A stretch of DNA of 48,158 nt from Snowella sp. (GTDB taxonomy: Bacteria > Cyanobacteriota > Cyanobacteriia > Cyanobacteriales > Microcystaceae). Shown piece after piece: positions 29,676 to 40,426 of the stretch. How positions within the stretch are numbered: position 1 is the stretch's first letter; each line of letters begins with the position of its first letter. Made by a program: the position numbers and the translations under genes. The stretch spans positions 1-48,158 of the forward strand of contig JAYKGY010000119.1 of NCBI GenBank assembly GCA_035285545.1, read 5' to 3'. The notes beneath the pieces were generated by a model. It made no database searches, was not told the origin of the DNA, and saw nothing but the letters and a program-made list of their open reading frames with translations.

Positions 29676-31439
29676 ATGTCTAACTGGATAACCGCGATCG
29701 CCGGTAGCGCACTTTTCTGGGGAGGGATTTCTCCAATGGTGTTAGCACAAAACGCTCAAGGACTTTTTCTGGCCTATCCCCCCAATAATCATCAAACGAC
29801 TTCTGATAGGATTTTTTTAATTGGTAATGCTCCCCCCGATGCCCAAGTACTGATTAATAATTTCCCGATTGACCGTAGCTCTACCGGTAACTTTGCGCCG
29901 ACCTTTTCACTCAATTTAGGACAAAATTTATTTACCATTCGCTATAAAGATCAAGAAATTCAACGCATTATTACTCGTAATAGTTCTCAGCCGGTTTTAC
30001 CCAATGGGTTAGGGTTTGCGCCCAATTCCCTTAGCCCCAATCAAGCGATTGCTCGGCTCCCAGGAGAATCCATTTGTTTTTCCGCGATCGTGCCCAATCA
30101 GGCTAATGTTTCTGTTCAACTGGGCAATCAAACCATTCCCCTACTGCCCCAAGGTAAAAGTGTGGAATTACCCCCCAATTCGGCGGTTTTAACGGCGAAC
30201 AATCAACCGATTACCCAGAGTGCAGACACCTATAAAGGCTGTACCAGTTTCAACCAAGCGGGAAATTTAGGAACACCAATTTTTCAACTCCAAGCCAACA
30301 ATCAAAGCATTACAGAGCAAGGAAAAGGCAGCGTTACTATCTTAGATCCCAATCAATTAGAAGTAGTAGAAGTCACCGCAGAGAATGGAGTGGCTCGTAC
30401 TGGCCCCACGACGGATCATTCCCGTTTAACCCCTCTGCCCAAAGGAACTCAAGCCAGCGTAATCGGAAAAGAGGGAAATTGGTTAAAGCTCGACTATGGA
30501 GCCTGGATTCAAGCTTCTGAAACCCGTTTATTACCTAATCAAGTCCCGCCGCGATCGCTGATTCGGAGTGTTACCTCGCGTCGATTGGAAGATCGGACTG
30601 AAATCATTTTTCCGCTACAAGTTCCCGTTCCCATCAGCGTTAAACAAGAAGATAATAAATTTTCTTTAACGTTACATAACACCACGGCCCAAACCGATAC
30701 CATTCGGCTCGATAACAATCCCATTATTCAACGCCTGGATTGGCAACCCGTTCAACCGAATCAAATTAAATATACGTTCCTGCTGAAATCTAAACAGCAA
30801 TGGGGCTATGATTTCCGCTACGAAGGAACTAGTTTAATTCTGTCTCTCCGTCATCCCCCAAAATTAACGTCGAATCCTAACTCTCTAAAAGGAGCCGTTA
30901 TTTTGCTTGATCCAGGGCATGGTGGAAAAGAAGCCGGCGCACTCGGCCCCACAGGGTATCCCGAAAAAGACATTAACTTAGTCATCGCCCAAAAACTAAC
31001 CCCACTTCTCAGACAACGGGGAGCGACAGTTTACCTCACCAGAGAAACAGATACGGATGTTTCCTTACGCGATCGCGTTAACCTTATCAATCAGCTAAAG
31101 CCCACCATCGCGCTCTCAATTCACTACAATTCCTTACCCGATAGTGGTGATGCCATCAAAACCCAAGGAGTCAGTACCTTTTGGTATCATCCCCAAGCTC
31201 AGGCGTTAGCTATGTTTTTACAAACCTATTTAGTGCAAAAGCTCAATCGACCATCCTACGGGGTTTACTGGAATAATTTAGCCCTCACTCGGCCCCATAC
31301 CACGCCATCGGTTTTGTTGGAATTAGGTTTTATGATCAATCCTAATGAATTTGAGTGGATCACCAATCCCCAGGCACAAGAAAAATTAGTTCAGGCGATC
31401 GCGGATGGCCTTACGGAATGGCTTCATAAAGTTTCGTAA
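29676..31439 (+). CDS. N-acetylmuramoyl-L-alanine amidase (Amidase_3) with signal peptide and SH3b-like region
   Basis: LDPGHGG, EKDINL, SIHYN and LLELGFM. Confidence 0.9.
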   Translation: MSNWITAIAGSALFWGGISPMVLAQNAQGLFLAYPPNNHQTTSDRIFLIGNAPPDAQVLINNFPIDRSSTGNFAPTFSLNLGQNLFTIRYKDQEIQRIITRNSSQPVLPNGLGFAPNSLSPNQAIARLPGESICFSAIVPNQANVSVQLGNQTIPLLPQGKSVELPPNSAVLTANNQPITQSADTYKGCTSFNQAGNLGTPIFQLQANNQSITEQGKGSVTILDPNQLEVVEVTAENGVARTGPTTDHSRLTPLPKGTQASVIGKEGNWLKLDYGAWIQASETRLLPNQVPPRSLIRSVTSRRLEDRTEIIFPLQVPVPISVKQEDNKFSLTLHNTTAQTDTIRLDNNPIIQRLDWQPVQPNQIKYTFLLKSKQQWGYDFRYEGTSLILSLRHPPKLTSNPNSLKGAVILLDPGHGGKEAGALGPTGYPEKDINLVIAQKLTPLLRQRGATVYLTRETDTDVSLRDRVNLINQLKPTIALSIHYNSLPDSGDAIKTQGVSTFWYHPQAQALAMFLQTYLVQKLNRPSYGVYWNNLALTRPHTTPSVLLELGFMINPNEFEWITNPQAQEKLVQAIADGLTEWLHKVS

Positions 31440-31495
31440 ACTTCAATTTTCTTGATAGAGATACATTTTTAAGGCTTTCAAACCATTAAAAATGC

Positions 31496-31524
31496 TTGCA
31501 CTCTCTCCTAACAATCGTTACACT
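31496..31524 (+). promoter_or_regulatory. Candidate sigma70-type promoter of psbB
   Basis: TTGCAC-N17-TACACT. Confidence 0.5.
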
Positions 31525-31693
31525 ACTTCAAAATATCCTCACTTTCAAGGGATAATAATTAGAACTCAACTTCCGTCACCTAGACCGTCTTAAACCCTAA
31601 GCGACTAGGCAAGGAAATCGTGAATAACCCAAATACTCATTTAATAAAGCGTCTCTAAAGACCTAAATTGTCAGTTATATAGAAGGAGCGTCA

Positions 31694-33217
31694 ATGGGAC
31701 TACCTTGGTATCGAGTTCATACAGTCGTCCTGAATGACCCAGGCCGACTAATCTCCGTTCACCTCATGCACACCGCCCTCGTGGCTGGTTGGGCTGGTTC
31801 GATGGCTCTTTATGAGCTTGCTATTTTTGATCCGAGTGATCCCGTCTTAAATCCCATGTGGCGGCAAGGGATGTTCGTATTACCCTTCATGGCTCGCTTA
31901 GGCGTTACCTCTTCTTGGGGGGGCTGGAGCGTGACCGGAGAAACAGGTGTTGATCCTGGCTTCTGGTCATTTGAAGGTGTAGCAGCGGCTCACATCGTTT
32001 TATCCGGTTTACTTTTCTTAGCGGCTGTTTGGCACTGGGTTTTCTGGGATTTAGAATTATTCGTTGATCCCCGTACTGGTGAAGCGGCTTTAGACTTACC
32101 GAAAATGTTCGGTATTCACCTGTTCTTATCTGGACTTCTTTGTTTCGGTTTTGGTGCGTTCCACCTTACAGGGGTTTGGGGGCCTGGTATGTGGGTTTCC
32201 GATCCCTACGGTCTGACAGGCCACGTTCAACCCGTCGCGCCAGAGTGGGGGCCAGCAGGCTTTAACCCCTTTAATCCAGGGGGCGTAGTGGCTCACCATA
32301 TTGCGGCGGGGGTCGTTGGTATTATTGCGGGATTATTCCACTTAACGGTTCGTCCCCCTGAGCGTCTTTATAAAGCGTTGAGAATGGGAAATATTGAAAC
32401 CGTTCTGTCTAGCAGTATCGCGGCCGTTTTCTTTGCTGCTTTTGTCGTAGCAGGAACCATGTGGTATGGTAACGCGACCACTCCGATTGAATTGTTTGGC
32501 CCTACCCGTTACCAATGGGATAAAGGCTACTTCCAAGAAGAAATTCAACGCCGTGTTGATAGCCAAATTGCTGATGGTGCATCGTTGTCTGAAGCTTGGA
32601 GCAAGATTCCTGAAAAACTCGCGTTCTATGATTACGTCGGTAATAGCCCCGCTAAAGGTGGTTTATTCCGTACTGGTGCAATGGATAGCGGAGACGGAAT
32701 TGCGAAAACCTGGATCGGACACCCCGTATTCAAAGACAAAGACGGTCGCGTGTTAACCGTTCGTCGGATGCCCAACTTCTTTGAAACCTTCCCCATTATC
32801 ATGACTGACGAAGACGGTGTGGTTCGTGCTGACATTCCTTTCCGTCGTTCTGAATCTAAGTTCAGTATTGAACAAACTGGCGTTACCGTTAGCTTCTACG
32901 GTGGCGAACTCGATGGTCAAACCTTTAGTGATGCGCCTTCTGTGAAGAAATTTGCTCGTAAGGCTCAATTGGGTGAAGGTTTTGACTTCGATACCGAAAC
33001 CTTTAATTCTGACGGGGTATTCCGCACTAGCCCTCGTGGTTGGTTTACCTTTGGTCACGCCGTATTTGCGCTCTTATTCTTCTTTGGCCATATTTGGCAC
33101 GGTTCTCGGACTCTCTTCCGCGACGTATTCGCTGGGGTTGATCCTGGATTAGAAGAACAAGTGGAATTTGGTGTATTTGCGAAAGTGGGTGACTTAACCA
33201 CTCGTAAAGAAGCTTAA
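31694..33217 (+). CDS. psbB: Photosystem II CP47 protein
   Basis: [26 protein letters not shown]...; 507 aa. Confidence 0.99.
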   Translation: MGLPWYRVHTVVLNDPGRLISVHLMHTALVAGWAGSMALYELAIFDPSDPVLNPMWRQGMFVLPFMARLGVTSSWGGWSVTGETGVDPGFWSFEGVAAAHIVLSGLLFLAAVWHWVFWDLELFVDPRTGEAALDLPKMFGIHLFLSGLLCFGFGAFHLTGVWGPGMWVSDPYGLTGHVQPVAPEWGPAGFNPFNPGGVVAHHIAAGVVGIIAGLFHLTVRPPERLYKALRMGNIETVLSSSIAAVFFAAFVVAGTMWYGNATTPIELFGPTRYQWDKGYFQEEIQRRVDSQIADGASLSEAWSKIPEKLAFYDYVGNSPAKGGLFRTGAMDSGDGIAKTWIGHPVFKDKDGRVLTVRRMPNFFETFPIIMTDEDGVVRADIPFRRSESKFSIEQTGVTVSFYGGELDGQTFSDAPSVKKFARKAQLGEGFDFDTETFNSDGVFRTSPRGWFTFGHAVFALLFFFGHIWHGSRTLFRDVFAGVDPGLEEQVEFGVFAKVGDLTTRKEA

Positions 33218-33246
33218 GTTGCTAACCTAAAATACACTTTTAGTTG

Positions 33247-33293
33247 AAAAAAGGGGATAGAAGTTACCATTTAGGGCTTCCGTCCTCTTTTTT
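33247..33293. terminator. Bidirectional-type terminator after psbB
   Basis: AAAAAAGGGGA..GAAG ... CTTC..TCCTCTTTTTT. Confidence 0.7.
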
Positions 33294-33438
33294 AGTCAGT
33301 AATACTTGATAAATTATCCCGATTTAAACTGGTAACCCAACTCTGTAGGTAGCAAAGCTTATATCCAATAAAAAACTGGGCATTTTTAAAAGACCCAGCT
33401 AGCTTTTATGAGATTGACGAGGCTATAACCAAATAAAT

Positions 33439-33585
33439 TTAGAGAATGCCGAAGAAGTGTAAAACACCTTGGCCAGAAGTTAATTCGAGAATAAGAGCAG
33501 CTACAAAACCGATCATCGCTAAGCGACCATTCCAGTTTTCAGCGAAGGAAGTAAAACCAAATTTGCCGTTAGTTTCGTTGTTCAT
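33439..33585 (-). CDS. hli: High-light inducible protein (HliC/ScpB-like), 48 aa
   Basis: Manual translation [48 protein letters not shown] with the ExxNGRLAM motif; missed by the ORF track. Confidence 0.95.
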   Translation of the reverse strand: MNNETNGKFGFTSFAENWNGRLAMIGFVAALILELTSGQGVLHFFGIL

Positions 33586-33600
33586 GATGGTTACTGGATT

Positions 33601-33640
33601 AATGTTAAGGTCTGTAAAGAGTTATATCAATAAATGTAAC
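33601..33640 (-). promoter_or_regulatory. HLR1-like (RpaB) direct repeats upstream of hli
   Basis: Minus strand GTTACATT-ta-TTGATATA and TTTACAGA-cc-TTAACATT. Confidence 0.6.
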
Positions 33641-33720
33641 AAAGGATTGATGAAAAAGCAAGGATGGGCATATAGAGATTTGATGATGGCGATCGCGGCA
33701 CTCGTTCTATGCTCTAGGGG

Positions 33721-34761
33721 TTAGACTCGGCAAACTTGAGCTAACACGGATTGATGGGCGAGGGTCTGCTCAATCAGGCGATGAAGTTGGGACTCATCCA
33801 AGGGGTTTCCTGATTGATAAATTTGTTGCCAAGTCTGGCTAATGGTGTGGGAATCGGTCGGAAGATCGGCTAATTCCCAGCCCGCCATATTCACTTCTGC
33901 CATTAAATGGCTAACTTTGGGGTCATAACTCAAGGCGCAACAACGGGAACCTTCCGACGCAGCCATAATCAAGCTATGTAGACGCATTCCAATGGTGAGA
34001 TCAACTCCTCGAAATATCCCTTTAAGCTTTCTGGGATCGGACTCTTGGATGATTTGATACTGTCCTGTTAACCGAGCCGCGATCGCTTCTGCTAAGGCTA
34101 AATCTTGGGACATTTGAAAAGGAATTAAGAGTAAACTCGCCCCAGCCGTATTTTGAAATTCAACCAGAGCCGTAATGAGGGTTTCTAAGCGTTCAGGTGT
34201 TAGGGATGAATAGCGACGTAAATTGACCGCAACGATGGGATGGGATAATTTCGCGGATAAACCTGAATCTTGACTGGTTAACACCCAAACGGGATCAGGG
34301 GCAAGGGTTGCGGGAATGCGCCATTGTTTGAGTAATTGGGCTGAAGCTTGATCCCTCACACTCACCGCTATACAGCCTTTAATCACTTGTTTCGTAAACC
34401 AACGGATCAGGGGTCGCTTAAGGGGGCCAATGCCCTGACCCCAGGCAACGGTTTTTAGTCCTAATCGTTGAGCCAACAGCATTAACCCACCGTAGTACAA
34501 GGGACTGGCAAAACTGGTACTATCCTGCATTAAGCTGCCTCCCCCCCAAATAAAAACCTGCGATCGCCGTAGGACTTTAAAAATTTCAGCAAAAGATCGA
34601 TTGGGGCAACTTTCTACCCCATAAGCACGGGTCGTTTGTTCAGGATTGGCGGACAGCACAACGGGGTTAACATCAGGGGGCAACATTTCCAACAACGACA
34701 CTAACAGGGCTTCATCTCCCCCATTCCCCTGACCGTAGTAACCACAAATGACTGCCTGCAT
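33721..34761 (-). CDS. csaB: Polysaccharide pyruvyl transferase
   Basis: GYYGQGNGGDEA, GGGSLMQD, QGIGP, SVRD, GMRLHS and SYDPKV. Confidence 0.9.
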   Translation of the reverse strand: MQAVICGYYGQGNGGDEALLVSLLEMLPPDVNPVVLSANPEQTTRAYGVESCPNRSFAEIFKVLRRSQVFIWGGGSLMQDSTSFASPLYYGGLMLLAQRLGLKTVAWGQGIGPLKRPLIRWFTKQVIKGCIAVSVRDQASAQLLKQWRIPATLAPDPVWVLTSQDSGLSAKLSHPIVAVNLRRYSSLTPERLETLITALVEFQNTAGASLLLIPFQMSQDLALAEAIAARLTGQYQIIQESDPRKLKGIFRGVDLTIGMRLHSLIMAASEGSRCCALSYDPKVSHLMAEVNMAGWELADLPTDSHTISQTWQQIYQSGNPLDESQLHRLIEQTLAHQSVLAQVCRV

Positions 34762-34977
34762 GAAAGTCAATCCTCATCGGTAAAGCGTTTGAGGCTATTA
34801 GAACACACTCAGTCCCAGGCAATCAACTGAATTTTTCGGGGTAGACAGCGATCGCGCTAATTTCCCCGATTTCTCCCCCTGACCTCCCTTAAAATTGTTA
34901 CGAACGGAATGAGTAGCAAACTTAACAAATTAACCAAAACGGAGTATGATGAGAAATTGTGGATTTTTACTAAAGAG

Positions 34978-35340
34978 ATGAACGCTCAAGCAATCATAAA
35001 CTCGATAGAAGCAGAGTTCCTGAAAAGTGACCTGCCCATCATTCACGTCGGCGATACTGTTAAAGTAGGCGTTAAAATCGTGGAAGGTGGTAAAGAACGT
35101 GTTCAGCCCTATGAAGGAACCGTAATCGCTAAACGCAACGGCGGCATTAGTGAAACCATCACGGTACGTAAAGTGTTCCAAGGAGTCGGAGTCGAACGGG
35201 TTTTCCTGCTTCATTCTCCCCTTGTTGCTAGCATTCAAATTCTCCGTCGTGGTAAAGTTCGTCGGGCTAAGTTGTACTATCTTCGCGATCGCGTGGGTAA
35301 AGCAACTCGTATTCAGCAACGTTTTGACCGTAGCCTCTAA
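34978..35340 (+). CDS. rplS: 50S ribosomal protein L19
   Basis: [19 protein letters not shown]...RRAKLYYLR. Start at MNAQAII. Confidence 0.97.
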   Translation: MNAQAIINSIEAEFLKSDLPIIHVGDTVKVGVKIVEGGKERVQPYEGTVIAKRNGGISETITVRKVFQGVGVERVFLLHSPLVASIQILRRGKVRRAKLYYLRDRVGKATRIQQRFDRSL

Positions 35341-35437
35341 AAAATCTTAACCAGGGGCATACTGTTAAATTTAGTGTCAAAATAAGATATGATGGTTAGG
35401 AGTTGGGAGCAACCCAATTAGCGGCTGCTCAGACTAT

Positions 35438-35510
35438 GCGTCCTTAGTTCAGTTGGTAGAACGCAGGTCTCCAAAACCTGATGTCGGGGGTTCAAGTCCT
35501 CCAGGGCGCG
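35438..35510 (+). tRNA. trnW: tRNA-Trp (CCA)
   Basis: Cloverleaf GCGTCCT...AGGGCGC, anticodon loop CTCCAAA and TTCAA T-loop; lies before secE. Confidence 0.96.
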
Positions 35511-35622
35511 TTGATAACCAATAGCCCTAAGTCAATCAGACAAACTGTTAAGGCTTTGTTTAAAGCTAGTCATTTTCTCTGAGTATCACCGAATAATTTA
35601 ATTTTGACGGAGAGGCGAAATT

Positions 35623-35868
35623 GTGGCCAGAAAAGAAGTGACAAAACCCGAAGTATCTGAAGTTAGAGCAGAAAAAGCAAACCTCCAACTTGGGGCTTTC
35701 GTGGATGAAACCAAAGAAGAACTGAAAAAAGTCGTTTGGCCGCCGCGCCAACAACTGATCAGCGAATCGGTTGCCGTTATTTTAATGGTGACATTGGTAG
35801 CAACAACCATTTACTTAGTGGATCACTTCTTTTCTTGGGTAGCCAATCAACCCTTTTTATTCGGTTGA
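35623..35868 (+). CDS. secE: Preprotein translocase subunit SecE
   Basis: EELKKVVWP plus one TM segment; precedes nusG. Confidence 0.95.
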   Translation: MARKEVTKPEVSEVRAEKANLQLGAFVDETKEELKKVVWPPRQQLISESVAVILMVTLVATTIYLVDHFFSWVANQPFLFG

Positions 35869-35905
35869 TGATCGCTACTTCTCAGAAACACAAAAGGGTA
35901 TTGAA

Positions 35906-36523
35906 ATGAGTTTTGCTGACGATCAATTTTTGGAAGAAGAACGACCCGAAGAAAAACGCGAAAAAGGCCGTTGGTATGCGGTACAAGTCGCATCAGGCTG
36001 TGAAAAGCGAGTCAAAACCAATTTAGAGCAACGCATTCACACCTTAGACGTAGCTAACCGTATTCTTCAAGTCGAAATTCCCAAAACGCCCATTGTCAAA
36101 GTACGGAAAGATGGTTCTCGTCAACACGGCGAAGAAAAGGTTTTTCCTGGGTACGTCTTGATCCGCATGATTATGGACGACGATGCCTGGCAGGTGGTGA
36201 AAAACACGCCCCATGTGATCAACTTCGTCGGATCAGAACAGAAACGACACTACGGTCGCGGTCGGGGACACGTCCACCCATTGCCCTTAAGCCGTGGTGA
36301 AGTAGAGCGTATCTTTAAGCAAGCCGAAGAGCAAGAAGTGATCGTCAAGATTGATATGCAAACTGGCGATAAGATTCTGGTGCTTTCTGGCCCATTTAAA
36401 GACTTTGAAGGGGAAGTGATCGAAGTCAGCCCTGAAAGAAGTAAGCTAAAAGCCTTACTATCCATTTTCGGTCGGGATACCCCCGTCGAATTGGAATTTA
36501 ACCAAGTGGAAAAACAAAACTAG
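35906..36523 (+). CDS. nusG: Transcription factor NusG
   Basis: [20 protein letters not shown] and [10 protein letters not shown]. Confidence 0.98.
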   Translation: MSFADDQFLEEERPEEKREKGRWYAVQVASGCEKRVKTNLEQRIHTLDVANRILQVEIPKTPIVKVRKDGSRQHGEEKVFPGYVLIRMIMDDDAWQVVKNTPHVINFVGSEQKRHYGRGRGHVHPLPLSRGEVERIFKQAEEQEVIVKIDMQTGDKILVLSGPFKDFEGEVIEVSPERSKLKALLSIFGRDTPVELEFNQVEKQN

Positions 36524-36533
36524 ACATTTAGCA

Positions 36534-36959
36534 ATGGCAAAGAAAGTCGTCGCTCTGATTAAACTCGCACTTCCTGCGGGAAAGGCTAACCCTGCACCTC
36601 CTGTGGGCCCTGCTTTGGGTCAACATGGGGTCAATATCATGGCCTTCTGTAAGGAATACAACGCTAAAACGGCCGATCAACCCGGAATGATTATTCCCGT
36701 TGAAATCTCCGTTTATGAAGACCGTAGTTTCACCTTTGTTCTCAAAACTCCGCCTGCTTCGGTATTAATCCGTAAAGCCGCTGGAATTGAGAGAGGGTCT
36801 AACGAACCCAATAAGAAAAAAGTCGCCGCTATTTCTCGCGATCAACTCCGGGACATTGCCCAAACGAAATTGCCTGACCTGAATGCCAATGACATTGAGG
36901 CTGCCATGAAAATCGTTGAAGGCACTGCCCGTAATATGGGTGTAACGGTTAAAGACTAG
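36534..36959 (+). CDS. rplK: 50S ribosomal protein L11
   Basis: [18 protein letters not shown]. Confidence 0.99.
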   Translation: MAKKVVALIKLALPAGKANPAPPVGPALGQHGVNIMAFCKEYNAKTADQPGMIIPVEISVYEDRSFTFVLKTPPASVLIRKAAGIERGSNEPNKKKVAAISRDQLRDIAQTKLPDLNANDIEAAMKIVEGTARNMGVTVKD

Positions 36960-36991
36960 TGAATAGTGAATAGTAATTAGTGAATAGTAAA
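36957..36991 (+). repeat. Heptamer tandem repeat (TAGTGAA-like) x5, STRR-like
   Basis: TAGTGAA TAGTGAA TAGTAAT TAGTGAA TAGTAAA. Confidence 0.85.
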
Positions 36992-37047
36992 GCTTGTAAA
37001 AGTTGCTAATTTTTAATTACTCAAAATTCAGATTTAATGACTTATTT

Positions 37048-37080
37048 CGGGGAGAAGTTTACCTTCGTTTGCACCCAAGG
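37048..37080 (+). promoter_or_regulatory. Possible L1 autoregulatory RNA site before rplA
   Basis: GGGGAG-GAAG...CTTC...ACCC internal-loop hairpin abutting the RBS. Confidence 0.4.
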
Positions 37081-37096
37081 AGATCGAATCTAAAAA

Positions 37097-37813
37097 ATGC
37101 CCAAAAAACTGTCGAAACGCTTCAGAGAAGCTCTTGCGAAGGTTGATCAAAACAAGGCCTATGAACCCGCCGACGCGATCGCCTTATTGAAAGATACGGC
37201 CACTGCCAAATTTGATGAAACTGCCGAAGTTCATGTCCGCTTAGGCATTGATCCCAAATATACGGATCAACAATTAAGAACCACTGTCTCCTTACCCAAA
37301 GGCACAGGCCAAACTGTTCGGGTTGCCGTTATTGCCAGAGGGGAAAAAGTCCAAGAAGCTAAAAATGCTGGGGCTGACATCTTTGGTTCAGAAGAATTAA
37401 TTGATGAGATCCAGGGTGGCATGATGGACTTTGAAGTTCTGATTGCAACGCCTGACATGATGCCGAAAATTGCGAAATTAGGTCGGGTCTTAGGGCCTCG
37501 TGGCTTAATGCCTTCCCCCAAAGGAGGAACCGTTACCACCGACTTAGCGGCGGCTATTAATGAATACAAAGCAGGAAAATTAGAGTTCCGTGCTGACAGA
37601 ACGGGTATCGTTCATGTTATGTTTGGAAAGGTGTCTTTTTCTGCCGAAGATTTACTGGTAAACCTGAAAGCATTACAAGAAACAATTGACCGTAACCGTC
37701 CCTCTGGGGCTAAAGGTCGTTTCTGGCGCAGTATTTACGTATCTTCTTCGATGGGGCCTTCCATTCAAGTTGATATTAATGCTTTGCGTGACCTCAAGCT
37801 CGCAGAGAGCTAG
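37097..37813 (+). CDS. rplA: 50S ribosomal protein L1
   Basis: KFDETAE, LGIDP and [15 protein letters not shown]. Confidence 0.99.
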   Translation: MPKKLSKRFREALAKVDQNKAYEPADAIALLKDTATAKFDETAEVHVRLGIDPKYTDQQLRTTVSLPKGTGQTVRVAVIARGEKVQEAKNAGADIFGSEELIDEIQGGMMDFEVLIATPDMMPKIAKLGRVLGPRGLMPSPKGGTVTTDLAAAINEYKAGKLEFRADRTGIVHVMFGKVSFSAEDLLVNLKALQETIDRNRPSGAKGRFWRSIYVSSSMGPSIQVDINALRDLKLAES

Positions 37814-37850
37814 TATTAGACAACCCACAAAACACCCATATTCGGCTCTG

Positions 37851-37997
37851 TACCGAAGACAGCAGGGGCAAATTTGCTTAATTAGCCTGCCGAGGTTGAA
37901 GCCTGAAATCGGTTAAATGACTGACTCGCTCGATAGATTTCTCTATCTGTGACAGTCTCCGATCTTCAGCCCCGGCAAAATTGCTAGGGGTTTTGTT
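37851..37997 (+). ncRNA. Ribosomal protein L10 leader
   Basis: CCGAAGACAGCAGG...TTAA...CCTGCCGAGG core with a downstream hairpin, upstream of rplJ. Confidence 0.8.
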
Positions 37998-38047
37998 GTG
38001 TGTCAGGGCGTTAAAAGAATCCCAAGCCTGAAGGAGGTGAATACCGA

Positions 38048-38569
38048 ATGGGAAGAACCAGAGAAAACAAAACGGAAGTCGTCGCTGAGGTCAAAGAACT
38101 CTTTGAAGCGTCTCAATTGGCCCTGGTGATTGACTATCAAAGTTTATCCGTTGCGGAAATTACCGATTTACGGAGACGTGTCCGTCCGCTCGGCGGAACC
38201 TGTAAAGTTGCGAAAAATACCCTCGTTCGTTTAGCGATCGATGGTCAAGAGCAATGGCAACCCATGAACGATTTTCTGAAAGGATCGTCCGTTCTGTTGC
38301 TCGTCAAAGAAGATTTTGGTGGCGTTATCAAAGCTTATAAAGGCTTCCAAAAAGAGACTAAAAAAACCGAATTACGCGGTGGAGTCTTAGAAGGTCGTGC
38401 TTTATCGAAAGCTGATGTTGATGCCTTGGGTGATTTACCGTCGAAGGAACAGTTGATGGCTCAAATTGCTGGTGCCCTCAACAGTATCACCGCCAAAATT
38501 GCAATCGGTATCAAGGAAGTTCCGGCTTCTATTGGCCGTGGTGTCAAAGCTTATTCCGAAAAAGAGTAA
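38048..38569 (+). CDS. rplJ: 50S ribosomal protein L10
   Basis: KVAKNTL and LPSKEQLMAQIAG. Confidence 0.98.
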   Translation: MGRTRENKTEVVAEVKELFEASQLALVIDYQSLSVAEITDLRRRVRPLGGTCKVAKNTLVRLAIDGQEQWQPMNDFLKGSSVLLLVKEDFGGVIKAYKGFQKETKKTELRGGVLEGRALSKADVDALGDLPSKEQLMAQIAGALNSITAKIAIGIKEVPASIGRGVKAYSEKE

Positions 38570-38577
38570 GGCTTTGG

Positions 38578-38656
38578 AGTGAATAGTGAACAGTGAATAG
38601 TGAATATTAAAAATCTATTAACTATCAACTATTAACTATCAACTATTAACTATTAA
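38578..38656. repeat. Two opposed heptamer arrays, (AGTGAAY)x4 and (CTATYAA)x6
   Basis: Read directly in the rplJ-rplL spacer. Confidence 0.9.
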
Positions 38657-38676
38657 TTACTGAAGGAGTTTACGAA

Positions 38677-39066
38677 ATGTCTGCTGCAACCGATCAAATT
38701 TTAGAACAGTTAAAAACCCTTAGCCTCTTAGAAGCGGCTGAATTAGTTAAACAAATTGAAGAAGCCTTTGGGGTAAGTGCTGCTGCTCCTGTTGGTGGCT
38801 TTGCTGTTGCTGCTGCTCCTGGTGCGGCTCCTGCTGAAGCGGTTGAAGAGAAAACCGAATTTGACGTTATTCTCGAAGAAGTTCCCGCTGACAAGAAAAT
38901 TGCCGTTCTTAAAGTTGTTCGTACCATCACGGGTTTAGGGCTGAAAGAAGCTAAAGATTTAGTGGAAGCAACCCCCAAACCTGTCAAAGAAGCTACCGGC
39001 AAAGATGATGCTGAATCTATCAAGAAGCAGCTTGAAGAAGCGGGTGCTAAAGTCACCGTAAAATAA
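38677..39066 (+). CDS. rplL: 50S ribosomal protein L7/L12
   Basis: [10 protein letters not shown] and [12 protein letters not shown]. Confidence 0.99.
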   Translation: MSAATDQILEQLKTLSLLEAAELVKQIEEAFGVSAAAPVGGFAVAAAPGAAPAEAVEEKTEFDVILEEVPADKKIAVLKVVRTITGLGLKEAKDLVEATPKPVKEATGKDDAESIKKQLEEAGAKVTVK

Positions 39067-39094
39067 TTAATTTTCGGTTAATTAAATTAAATGT

Positions 39095-39127
39095 TAGGGC
39101 GCTCCTAAGAGTCTGCCCTATTTTTTT
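39095..39127 (+). terminator. Intrinsic terminator of the rpl operon
   Basis: TAGGGC...GCCCTA followed by T7. Confidence 0.85.
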
Positions 39128-39254
39128 ATTGATTGTTAAGTAGAGCAACCCAATAAAGCGTCAAAAGAATTTAACAATGTTAAATCCCTTATGTCCTTAG
39201 CGGTAAACTCCTTTTTACTTTTAAGTTGACTTACTTATCTGCTCCTAAAACAAC

Positions 39255-40163
39255 CTAATCACTTGCCTTGGGTGTTTTTTGCTGATTTCCAGAAGCTGTA
39301 TCAATGCGTCCCAGAAGGACTTTAATATTGGGATTATTGAAGAAAACTTGGGTATCTTTAATGAGTTTGTCTCCCCAGAGATTTTCTTTGAGAAATTTTA
39401 AGTCTGCGTATCGACCGTCTATTTTTAGGGCATTTTCTCCTGCTGTGACTCCTTGCTCTTTTTTGCCTTGGGTGTAGAGGGCAACGGCGATCGCGAGTTG
39501 CGGTTCAGCTTGTTCTTTATCAATGTTGGTGGCTGCTTGCCATTTTTTCAGTGCGCCTTCCACATCCCCTTGCTCGTATTTGACTAATCCCATGTTATTA
39601 ATGGCTGGCCAAAAGCTTTTTTCAATGCTGACTGCTTTTTCGTAGGCTTTAATGGCTTCGTTCCATTTGGATAATTTAAGAAAGGAATTGCCGAGATCAA
39701 ATAAGGCCGAGGGTGTTGCTGGCTTAATTTTTAGGCCAGATTCTAGAGACGCGATCGCTGCATTATAATCGGCTTTTTGAAAATAGGCGTTACCTAAGGT
39801 AAATTTGATTCCGGCTTCTTCGGGAGCCATGCTTTGAGCCTTCAGCAAAGATTCAAGGGCTTGATCGAGTTCTTCTTGCTGGAGCAGGAGCGTGCCAAGA
39901 ATAAACCAGGTTTGATATTTTCTGGGAGCTAATTGGGTCGCTAACTTAGCACGGGATAGGGCTAGATCATACTGTTGAAAACGAACTAACTGGATGACAT
40001 CTTCCGTCAGTGCTAATCCTTGCTGTTCCAGTTGGGCTACATCTAAATGGGGACTGTAGGGTAATAAAGCCTGAGTTCTAGCCGGTAACGCCATATTCCA
40101 AACGCCAAAACCCGCTAAAAGAAAAAGTAACCAATTACGTTTAGGCACTGTGTTGTCTCTCAT
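39255..40163 (-). CDS. Exported tetratricopeptide repeat protein
   Basis: Signal peptide and repeated TPR units (FTLGNAYF, FDLGNSFL, NNMGLVKY). Confidence 0.88.
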   Translation of the reverse strand: MRDNTVPKRNWLLFLLAGFGVWNMALPARTQALLPYSPHLDVAQLEQQGLALTEDVIQLVRFQQYDLALSRAKLATQLAPRKYQTWFILGTLLLQQEELDQALESLLKAQSMAPEEAGIKFTLGNAYFQKADYNAAIASLESGLKIKPATPSALFDLGNSFLKLSKWNEAIKAYEKAVSIEKSFWPAINNMGLVKYEQGDVEGALKKWQAATNIDKEQAEPQLAIAVALYTQGKKEQGVTAGENALKIDGRYADLKFLKENLWGDKLIKDTQVFFNNPNIKVLLGRIDTASGNQQKTPKASD

Positions 40164-40342
40164 TCGTTATCCTACCTTCCTATTTATTTTATCTCAGGAT
40201 TTGGCCATAGTCAGACTTTTCCTCACTAAGCAGTGAATCTGACCCCATTAAATTCGACAGTTGGTCATAGTTTCAGGTTTCAGGGTTGCTGACAGAACAG
40301 ATCTACCAAAAGCAATGTTATGATGAAACCTGTTCTCCAGTT

Positions 40343-40416
40343 GGGGTTGTAGCTCAGACGGATAGAGCAAGTGCCTCCTAAGCACTGGGCCGCCGGTTCG
40401 ACTCCGGCCAATCCCG
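40343..40416 (+). tRNA. trnR: tRNA-Arg (CCT)
   Basis: Acceptor GGGGTTG/CAATCCC, anticodon arm AGTGC-CTCCTAA-GCACT and GGTTCGACTCC. Confidence 0.95.
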
Positions 40417-40426
40417 TTGTTAACCA

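Noticed and set aside
31694..33217. Absence of HIP1 in psbB as a sign of foreign origin
   Set aside because: Highly conserved, highly expressed photosynthesis genes are commonly HIP1-poor.
33446..33724. 92-aa plus-strand ORF from the track
   Set aside because: Antisense shadow of the hli gene.
35438..40416. tRNA-Trp or tRNA-Arg as island integration sites
   Set aside because: I saw no duplicated tRNA 3' ends or integrase, and the flanking genes are housekeeping.
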